Shown here: positions 50,290-60,500 of the stretch, in pieces
How positions within the stretch are numbered: position 1 is the first letter of the stretch
Layout: each line of letters starts with the position of its first letter
NCBI GenBank assembly: GCA_905178155.1
Contig: CAJINV010000015.1
Span: 1,465,440 to 1,529,439 of the forward strand
Direction of reading: 5' to 3'
DNA: 64,000 bases
Source of the DNA: Amoebophrya sp. A120
Taxonomy: Eukaryota; Protista; Dinoflagellata
Translations under genes and position numbers: made by a program
The notes under the pieces: model-generated
What the model was told of the DNA's origin: nothing
The model's input: the letters and a program-made list of their open reading frames with translations, nothing else
Databases searched by the model: none

Positions 50290-50490
50290 ATGCACGCGGT
50301 TTGTGATGCTGTGGGGCCTACAGGTACAGAGTACACGGCTGCCATGCTAGGGGCTTACGTCAGAGCCGTTCTACTCAGGCTCGGTATGGGCTTGCAGTCC
50401 TCTACTGCAAGACAGACCTGATTTGTGTACGCAAATCCAGCATCAGAAACTTCCTTTTGATAGGGGGAGGGGGGAGTTTTCCTTTTGATA
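50290..50490. mobile_element. Family G element, right half only
   Basis: Ends GATAGGGGGAGGGGGGAGTTTTCCTTTTGATA; interior similar to 63388-63712. Confidence 0.8.
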
Positions 50491-50883
50491 CGCAACGCTG
50501 TGCAGAGCCGGGGAAGCTAGGGCACAAGGAATCGGGAGCAATCCAAAATTGGTGCATAAATTTATAGTTCTTTAGTATCACATAATTCATTGATGTCCTC
50601 ATGAGGGTGCATTCTTAAAAATGCACATGTCATCTAACAGGACTTTAAGATCAAGTTCATAGGCACAGTGACATCTTCGACCTGTGGGGCACTACTTAGT
50701 ACAATTCGGAAATATTAACCCGCGAGGCTTCTAGAAGAACCTTGCTCTCGAACTTGAACTCAAACTCAACAAATGTCAGGATCATGAATCCGGACGACGA
50801 TGGGTGGAAGTATGGCAATCCTCCGGGGCAGTTGACTTGGGCCGGGTGGGGCAGGCCGAAGGAGGAGCGCACCGCGTTTTTCA
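50491..50883 (+). pseudogene. Duplicated two-exon fragment of the GH45-like gene (intron 50552-50779)
   Basis: QRCAEPGKLGHKESGAIQN|WIMNPDDDGWKYGNPPGQLTWAGWGRPKEERTAFF, paralogous to 57781-57841 plus 62629-62732. Confidence 0.8.
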
Positions 50884-51143
50884 TATCAAATGCAAAAATG
50901 TCTGGGTCTGGAAGGTGGTAACTTGTGATGCTGAATCTGCATCATGCTAAAATCTGTGTTGCATGAGTGCCAACAGCTGTCCACTTTGGACCAAGTTGGG
51001 AGGTTTTTTCTCATGCAGGATAGGCATGTTAGAGATCTCTCAGATTTTGTCATGCTAGGTCCGGCATTCCAGACCTCATGGGTCATGGAAAATCTGCATG
51101 ACAAGTTGCAACCTTCCAGACCCAGACATTTTTGCACTTGATA
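50884..51143. mobile_element. TIR introner family A (duplicate of 62733-62992)
   Basis: Identical by eye to 62733-62992; right flank rearranged. Confidence 0.92.
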
Positions 51144-52060
51144 TTCTTTATCGCAAAAAAACAGTCATCAAACCGCCCCGTTCGTTCCAATCGTCCTTCA
51201 CGCAGTCGTATGCAAAAACAATCTGAACCGGAACAAAGCTCTACGTCTACTCCGCCCGCACTGCCGGCCCCGACAAAGATCCCACCCGCACGGGAGAGCG
51301 GCCACGATGCCCACGACCCCGTCCCAGCGGTGGAAACCCCCCTGCCGGACGCCCACGCTGCGTAAGCATATTACTTTGTTTTATGTAACGACGTGCAGGA
51401 TCAAGAACAAAGGGATGTTATTTGAATTATAGGATCCTGCGCTGTTTTTTCCTGTGGATATCAAGGACGCAGATTAAATACTTACGATGTTATCAAAAAT
51501 CGCTGAGGTTCCTACACCTCTGGGGTTTGTGATAATGGGCTCCGGTTTTCTGGAGAAGGGCTCTTGAACAACAGGGACGTGTTCTACTTCACGGATTTTG
51601 AAAAATCAAGACGTTTGCTGGTTTCAGTTTCTGTCGGGGACTGAGGTAGTAGTTATCGTCCTCTCGTCGTAAAGGAGAAAAAGAAATCCAAAAAACGCGC
51701 GGACTTTTCGACTACATCCCGTTCTTCAACTCCTTCCCGTTTATCGCGAAAGCGAAGACGAAGTGTGTTTTCGTATATATCTTTTCGGATTCAGACTTAG
51801 ACTTACAAACAGCGTCGAACAAACGTCAACGAAAGTGGCTAAGGTTGCCCGTGCATGAACCGTCACGCGGCGCGAGCAGTTATTTCGTTTGATTTTCGTT
51901 GTTTGCGTAAACAGGTGTGAAGGGTCCTCCTCCTCCTCCTCTTATTTCGTTTGATTTTTTCATCGTCCTGGGTCATTGTCGTCCTTCTTCTCAGTCGTTC
52001 ACCAGGTTGTCATTGTCATTTTAGTTTTTTTGTTTCTACTACTAAAATAACAGCAGGCGG

Positions 52061-52270
52061 TATCCGACGAAAAAAGTGTTACAGTTACACATTTGTAGTG
52101 AATTCAGCAACACAAATTTCTCTGCATGAGAGAGAAAACTTGTAATGCAGAAATCCTACGGGAAAACACCTATGAAACGAGGCTCCTATGCATATCCGGC
52201 ATGACAGAGCTTGTCTGTCTTGCTTGGCCTGCAACACAATGTGTAACTGTAACACTTTTTTCTTGCGATA
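52061..52270. mobile_element. TIR element family I (copied with segmental duplication)
   Basis: TSD GGCGG. Confidence 0.95.
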
Positions 52271-52348
52271 GGCGGAGAATTGAGTCTTGATCGCAAAAAA
52301 ACAGTCATCAAACCGCCCCGTTCGTTCCAATCGTCCTTCACGCAGTCG

Positions 52349-52598
52349 TACCAAATGTAAAAATGTCTGGGTCTGGAAGAATGCAACTTGTAATGCGTAT
52401 TTCAGAACACAGAAAAGTCTCTCATGCATACGCAGCAAAAGCTCCCACTTTTTGCCAGCAAAATAGGGGACCTGTCATGCGGATTCGGCATTGCGGAAGG
52501 TTCTCGAAACCTGTGATGCTAGAGCTTCCATGCCAGACCTTCTGTGTCATGCAAAAACAGCATGACTCTTCCAGACCCAGACATTTTTACATTTGATA
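52349..52598. mobile_element. TIR element family A with empty paralogous sites
   Basis: TSD AGTCG; single AGTCG at 48275-48279 and 51204-51208. Confidence 0.96.
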
Positions 52599-52686
52599 AG
52601 TCGTATGCAGTCCTAATCATCTTGCTTCTGTTACTGTTTTCACCTTTGATATGCCAGTTGCTGAGCAACTACAACACATAGACAAT

Positions 52687-53885
52687 CGCGAACGGCTTTG
52701 CCGTTCGCGATACGTGTCTTTGCCGTTCGCGATACGTGTGGATAGATGCTCATCCATCGCAAACGCAGCGCGAAGGCTTTGCCGTTACCATATGGGAGGA
52801 ACTCGGGGGTATGCAACCACTGGCAAAGTCGGGCATTATCAAGTGTGTTTTGCCTTCAGAAAGCGGATCGGGCAGAATTTGTGGGAATTTTCCCGAAAGC
52901 AACCAAAACAGCAATTACCAAGTGGGAAAAGGGTAAAAAATAGCAGTTTTGCAGCTCCGCCCGGTCTGAATCTGAAAAAAGATTGTGGCATTTTCGGCAA
53001 GGGCCGGTGGTGTGATGCGTTTTATAGCGGAAAATGCGTCACCTCCGGGCAGCTCCAGCCGCTTGAAAATTGAAAAAAAACGTTGAAAAAATGCAATTTT
53101 TCGCAGCATACAAGCGGCCGACAAAATTTACCAAATTCGTGCATGTCGCGGAAACCGCTTGAAAATTGAAAAAAACTACGGAAAAAGTTACTTTTTTCGC
53201 AGCGTGGAAGCGGCCGGGAGAAAGCGCGGATTTTCTGCATGGCGCACTGGCCGCTTGGTAATTCAAAATGACATTTTTTTGTGAAAAAGCAGAAGCCGCT
53301 TGAAAATTGCCGCTCAAAAGGGGTTCGCAAATTTGTCCGGAGGCCCGTGGCACCGGGATTGGACGAAGAGAAACCAATTATCAAGCCTGTGGAGGTGTGT
53401 CACACGGGCACGGTTTTCGGCCTCTCTGAGGTCGCAAACTGGAACCCTTCCCCCGCTTGGAAAAGCCCGATCTGGGTGGCCCAAAATGCCAGCCGATACT
53501 GAACAGAAGTGCGCCACTTTTTGGAATTCATGCATTTTGCCTTCCTGGCCAGGAGGCCAGTTTGGTATGCAGGGGGCTAGAAAGGATGCCCCGCTGCGAA
53601 ATAGCAGACCGGATTTCGCCTGCAATGCTTATCGCAGGAGCCTGCGGGCCGCCGCGGGCTCCACCACTTCCCCGCGATAAGCTTTGAATGCGAATCCGGG
53701 AGCCCCCGACGACCCGCGATAGTGGGAATCTAGAAATTAAGAATAAATGGGGCTTCTTCTCGTTTGCGGCGGCGGCCGCGCGGGCCGCGTCGATGTTAGA
53801 AGAAGGTTGGTGGGCCTTCGCGCTGCTTAGATTTTCGCGCACGCATTTGGTTACCAATATCGCCCTCCGGGCGCGACCTTAATAT
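52687..53885. mobile_element. Family J element (left boundary uncertain)
   Basis: 53383-53885 homologous to 1-449; internal GCCGCTTGAAAATTG repeats; flanked by 34-bp direct repeats. Confidence 0.6.
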
Positions 53886-54587
53886 TTCACGGAGCCAGTT
53901 GCTGAGCAACTACAACACATAGACAATTGTGTACTTCTTACAACCTCAGGAGCAGATGCGCGAGGAAAAATCCCTTGTTTTCAAATTCGCTTCAGTAAAA
54001 ATTTTATAGTACTTCTTCCTCTAGTTGTACCGATGCAAGAACTTTTATTCCAATTTTGCGCCGCGTGATTTTTGGACCCGTTATCTTTCGTGGTGGAGGA
54101 GCGAACCCTCCGACACTAGTGGAACAAGCAGAGAAAGAAGTTTAATACCGGAACGGACGGTATTACCGTCCGTTGTTGACCCCAGCATCAACCGCAATGT
54201 CGTCGTCGCGAAAAATGAAGATTTTTTCTGTTTTTCTCCTCGTCCTCCAACTCCAAGCGGCCTCCAGTGCGGTCGTACTCAAAAAGTCGGTGGACGTGGA
54301 GACGAAAGATCGCCTTTTGTCAATACAAGGGTGAAAAACGTATTCGCTTTCAAAATTCAAATTTTTTTGAAGCCCCCTTGCAGCATCCGGCCCGACTGTC
54401 CTCATCCGCGTCACCCGGCTCAGTGGCCCCACAACAAGATCACAGCAAACAAACAAATCCGGCCCCCCAAATCCTCATCCACAGCATGACAAACAAGGTT
54501 GGAGGTCGGCCCACCGTCACAAGTCCCATCACGCAACAGCTAGCAATGAAATATCTGAGAACTCCATAGCACAACCAGGAGCGTGGG

Positions 54588-57500
54588 ATGTCTTGGGCTG
54601 CGATTTCGAAGGAGCCGGCGGGCTGGGCAGATCAGGCAAGCTGGCGCGTCACCCGAGGGGGCACTGCGATTACGACCTGGGACGGCGCCACCATCCGCAA
54701 GCACTTCCAACACAACAGAAGCCGGGACTGGTATTTTTTCAGAGCGATAGGCTGTGGCAGGTTTTCCGTTCCTAGGTTTCTTTCATGCGCTGACGATCGA
54801 GAGGCGGCTCTACTACATGCTCATCACGCAGTCAAATCTCATAAATTATCTCCAAAGGTATATCATCCTCCGCAAGCGCACGGGCGAGGGGGCGGACATG
54901 GACGTAGACGAGGAGTACGGCGTCTTCCTGCAGCAGCCAGCCCCGCAGGAGCGAGCACCGCAGCAGCCAGCACCGCAGCAGGCCGCGGCACCCCCAGGGC
55001 GAAGCAGGAAGCGACCCTCCGTTCATTTTGAAGAAGAAGAGCCTACCGCAGCAGCTGCAGCACAGAGCGGGGCGATATCTAGTGCAAATGTGTCTGGGTC
55101 TGGAAGAGTGGGATTTGTTATGTGTGTCTTGCATTCCTGAAAAAGAGTCTCTGTTGCATGACCAGCAAAACAGGCTCAGCTGTCTTTGTCATGCAAAAAC
55201 GCAATTTGTAGTGTGCGTGTGTGTGTGTGTGTGTGGCACGGCACGGAAGCAACTCAGTCATCCTCATCCGCTATGCAACATAACAAGCTTCCAGACCCAG
55301 ACGCATTTGCAATGCATATGCGAACAACACTAACAACTTGGGGCCGTTCCGGTTCTCGCGCGACATTGACATGCTCGACGTACTCAAAAAGTCGGTGGAC
55401 GTGGAGACGAAAGATCGCCTTTTGTCAAAACTGCAGCGCCACCGGCGGAACAACTCCGTCGATACCGCGGGCAGAAACGAGAAGACGAGCAGTTATGTTG
55501 AAGCACTTCATCCGAGTATCAACTTCAACCGGCGAGGACCACCAAGACCAAGTTCCACAACAACGGGGGGAAAAATGCAAATGAAATTATCCGACTTTTT
55601 GTCCTCGTCTCCGGGCGCCGGGGAACTGCAGGATGGGAATGAAGAAACTAGTGGTGCAATGAAGCAGCAAAAACTACCAGCCTCACTTTTGCAAAGGAAG
55701 ATCAAGAAGGCAGGCCACGTGCCGAAAATGTTGCTCAGGGACTATAAAAATTTGTCGGGAGCAGCATCTTCGCGAACGTCTTCGGAGGAAAACTGGAAGG
55801 TTTCTAGAAAACCAGAAGCGCAACAAGAAAACTTGATGCACAACAAGAAGTTGCGCCGGACTACGACGAGGCGCCTGACCACTGCCGGGCGGAAAAAGGA
55901 AGAGGAAACTGAGAATGGAACTGCAGCATCAGCACAGCTCCAGGAAAAAGAGCAAGAGCAGGAACAAAAGCGTGCTGAGCAGCCGGAGTGGGGGGTTGGG
56001 GCTCGAGCCGCAGCTGCATTTCCTACAACTGGGTCGTCACCCACTGGTGTTAGAAGTACTTCTACTTTCACCCGCGGCCAACAGCAACGATCTGGGCAAA
56101 ACACTGCGTTCACAGGCACGACGGAGGACGACGTTTCGTCGTGTGGGGGCTCGGGGACTGGCTCACAGGATCCAGGTACTGATTTAAATTTGGGTTATTC
56201 TACTAATTTATTCTTGTACTCCTTTGTTCTTGTCACCACAGAACGCCTTTGCCGAAGATAGATGAAAGCAAAGTCCGCCCAGGATGATTTACTAGTGGAC
56301 GCAGTCACAGTAACACTAGGACTGGGAGCTGAAAGTAGAGCGAGGACTACGAGAAACACCAACACCAACACAAACGACATACTAGTACCACGACCCCTTG
56401 TCTAGTGTTTTCTTTTTAAGGCTTCTACACCTACTGAACTGCGAGGCCACAAGCGCGTCTCCATACCTCAACATGCATGCTTTGAACAGGTACTGGTACA
56501 CCAGTCACCCCCACTTATGGAGGGCTAGGAACTTCTTCCGACACTCCGGGACCCGGATTTCCTACTACCACCGCTGCGCCCGGGCTAGCTACTAGCTCTT
56601 CGGGTAGTAGTACGACGACGGGGGATCCGCGGCCCACTCTGGACCATCTCCCGTGGGAGGACGGAACCCTGACCGCGTACTGGGACTGTGCCACCATGGT
56701 ATCCATTGCAAATATCCCTGGATGTCTGGAAGAGTGTAAACTTGTCATGCAGGTTTTCCATGACTCGTGAGGCCTGGAATGTGGGATTTAGCATGACAGA
56801 CGTTCTGTGAGATCCCTATCATGCCTATCCTGCATGAGAAACTCCGTCCAAACTTGGTCGAAAGTGGACAGCTTTTGGCACTCATGCAACACAGATTTCT
56901 GCATAATTCGGATTTGGCATGACAACTTTCAATCTTCCAGACATCCAGGGATTTTTGCAATCCATACATGGGCTGGGAGTGCAACAACCAGGACGCGTCG
57001 ACGCGCAGCATGCCCTACGTCCCGACGGACGCCGAGAGAACCAGCGAGTACAAGGAGGATCTGTGGGTCACCGGGGCTGCTTCCGACGTGATGCGCGACC
57101 GCGGGCCCGGCAAGAAGTGCTACCTCATCCGGGGCGTGGAATCGAATCCCGACTTTCGCGTCATCTATGAGAGTGCACAGGAACTCTCCCTCGCCCTCAT
57201 TCGTATTCGGATGAGCAGCAACAGAAACACAAGCGCACTACATTGAGCCTGCGCATGACAAGTTCATCTTGCGCGTCGTGTATTACTGTGATAGGCTTCC
57301 AGAATCTGTCATGCAAACGGTGCCACAACAAGGCAGCGCGTGGATTTTGGCTCTTGTACGACAAATGAGGGAGAGGGGGAGTTGTGCACTGTCATATCAT
57401 CGCGATGCTCACCAACTCGTGCCCGGGGCAGTTCAACGCGGCGTGCCAGTATCGTCAGAAACAAATGCCTCGGTCTCAAACTGTAATTATGCGCAACTTC

Positions 57501-60500
57501 CTGTTCCTCGAGACAGATAGTTTTTTTATTTGTCATCATGCTGCTCGACGTGCAAGAAAGTCGTCTTTCGTATGTGTTTTCCCATGTGTCTGACGCAAAA
57601 TCACGACAGGTTTATTTCCGTGTCAACGTGATTCTGAGCAAATTTATATGTATTGCTGTGCCTGCAAAAGCAAAGCAGGGTTGAGTAGACTGATACACTT
57701 TTTTTCTTGCGATAGCCAGCGCCCGAAAACGCACATCGACGTCGCCGCGCCGGGATGGGACAACCACAAGTTCTCCGCTGCGCAGCGCTGTGCAGAGCCG
57801 GGGAAGCTCGGGCACAAGGAATCGGGAGCAATCAACAATTGGTGCATATTTTAGTACTTTAGTATCACATAATTATAATTATAATAATAGTGAAACGGGT
57901 TTTGCCTCCCCCTTTGCTATAATCTATAGGAGGCACTTAGAAAAATAATTCTAAACGAATGTGCTTAGAAGGTCTCGTCTAGAAGCTTCGTGTAACAGAT
58001 TGAGCGCGTTCCCATTATCTGTGCCCCGTACCGTCGTGCAAAGTGTTATCCTGCACGCCCTGACGAGCATGTGAAAGAATGCCAACACCTTAAACAAAGC
58101 AAAGCCACGGATCCCGTGGCAGTATGGGGGCCATCACTTTCCGGCCCGCCGGGCAAGAGCGAGGGCCAGGAGCCCCCTGGCCATCGCTTTCCGGCCGAGC
58201 AGACGTTGTTTCCTGTCTCTCCGGGCAAAAATGACGGCCAGGAGCTCCTTGGCCATCCATGGCCTTCCGCCCGGGCAAGCAAGGTGATGGCCACCCAGCA
58301 GCAGCGCCTCGGCCACTACTTTTGGTGGCCATCGCTTTGCTTCCGGTGGGTCGGGCAAAAGAGATGGCCAAGAGCTCGTCGGCCACCACTTTCCGCTGGC
58401 TCGGACATGATAAGTCATGGCCGAGGGCCCCTTGGCCATGCCTTTCCGGTCGGGCAAAAATGATGGCTAAGGGCTCCCGCCTGGCCATCAATTTTGGCCA
58501 TCACTTCCCGGCCCGCCGGGCAAAAGTGATGGCCAAGGGCAGGAGTTCCTGGGCCATGCATCATTTTCCGGTCGGGCCCTTGGTCACTATTTTGACTTTC
58601 CGGCCGGGCAAAAATGGTGGGCAAGAGCTCCTCTGGTGCCATCATTTTCCGGCCGGGTAAAGTGGTGGCCAGGGGCCCCTGAGCCTTCACTTCCCGGCCG
58701 GGCAAAAGTGATGGCCGAGAGCTCCCTGGCCATCGCCTTCCGTTCGGGCAAAAGTCCTCGCCAAGAGCCCGCTGGCCACCGCTTTCCGGGGGGTCGCTCG
58801 GGCTGAAGTAATGGCCAAGAGCTCCCTGGCTATCACTTTGGGCGGGCAAATTGTGAAAACCGGCCTCAAGTCCGAATCCCCCTGCTGCCGTCGGGATGCT
58901 GTCGCGAAAGCCTTCGTGACAGCATCCGGACGACAACAGGGGGGCTCGGGCCTGAAAGCGGTTTCCACAACTTGCAGCCCAAGCGCGAGAACCATTCTCA
59001 ACCTCGAGCCCCCCCTGTTGTCGTCAGGATACTGTCGCGAAAGGCTTCGCGACAGTATCCTGACGACAACAGGGGGACTCGGACTCGACAGTGGTTCTCA
59101 CAACTTGCCGCCCAAATGCGAGCACCACTCTCACCCCCGAGCCCTTCGCGACAGTATCCTGACGACAGCAGGGGGACTCGGACTGGAAAAATGGGAAGGC
59201 CATTTTTTCGAGTCCGAATCCCCCTGCTATCGTCAGGATACTGTCGCGAAACATATCCTGACGACAGCGCGGGGCCTCGAGCTTGAAGCAGGTTTTTTTC
59301 GAGAAGCGAAGCCCTTTATTTTCAAGCGCTGGCAAAACCAAAAGGAAAAGTGATGGCGAAGAGCTCCCTGGGCGTCGCCTTTCGGCCGGGCGCAAGTGAT
59401 GGCCAAGAGCTCCCTGGCCGTCAAAGTGGCCATCGCTTCGCGGCCGGGCAAAGGTGATGGCCAAGAGCTCCGCGGCCATCGCTTTTCGTTCGGGCAAAAG
59501 CGAGTTTGGCCATCGCTTTCCGGTCGGACGGGCAAGAGCGATGGCCAAGAACTCCGCGGCCATCACTTTTTGCCATCGCTTTCTGGTCGGGCAAAAGTGA
59601 TGGCCAGAAGCTCCCTGGCCATCACTTTTCGGCCGGGCAAAGAAAAACGATCGCGACCGCTCCTTGGCCATCACTTTTGCCCGTCACTTTTGCCCATCAC
59701 TTTCCGGGCGGGCAAAAGTGGTGGCCAAGGGCTCCGTCCTTGGCAATTATTGCCCAGCGCTTTCCTGTCGGGCAAAAGTGATGGCCAGTAGTTCCGTTGC
59801 CGCCGCTTTTCGCCCGGGCATGCAAAAGTCCTCGGCCATCACTTCTGGCCATCGCTTTCCGGTCGGGCAAAAGTGATGGCCGAGAGCTCCCTGCTCATCC
59901 ATTTCCGGTCGGGCAAAAATGATGGCCAAGAGCTCCGTGGCCAAGCAACCGTCGACCTTCACTCTTTGGCCATCATTTTCATTCCGGGCGGGCAAAAGTG
60001 GTGGCCAAGAGCTCCTTGCCCGGGCCATCACTTTTGGCCATCGCCTTCCGGTCGGGCAAAAGTGATGGCCAAGAGCTCCCTGTCTGGCCGTCATTTTCGG
60101 CCATCAGCCAATTTCTTCCCGTGCGGGCAAAAGTGTTGGCCAAGACCTCCGCGGCCACCACTTTCGGGGGCGCGCAAAAGTGTTGCCCGGCCGGAACGAA
60201 AGAGGTGGCAACAAGTGACTGCCGGGAAGCTCTTGGCCATCACTTTTGCCCATCGCTTTCCGGTCGGGCAGCCGGGCAAGAGTGATGGGCAAGAGCTTCC
60301 AGGCAATCACTTTTTGCCACCTCTTTTGTTCCGGCCGGGCACGCTTTTGCTTTCCGGCTTCCTTCACTTTTCTCGCGCACGCTTTTGCCTCTCGGCTTCT
60401 GGTGCATGGTATGGGCGGGGGGGCGCGAGGCAAAACCGCGCGAACAAGCCCCCGGAGGTGTGAGGCTCATCCCCATCAAGGGGCGGGGGTTTTGTTTGCG

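Larger units (their letters stand above)
47800..52610 (+). repeat. Mosaic of segmental duplications
   Basis: ~49211-50277 nearly identical to ~51277-52342 (offset ~2065); ~47870-48375 shares blocks with both. Confidence 0.9.
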
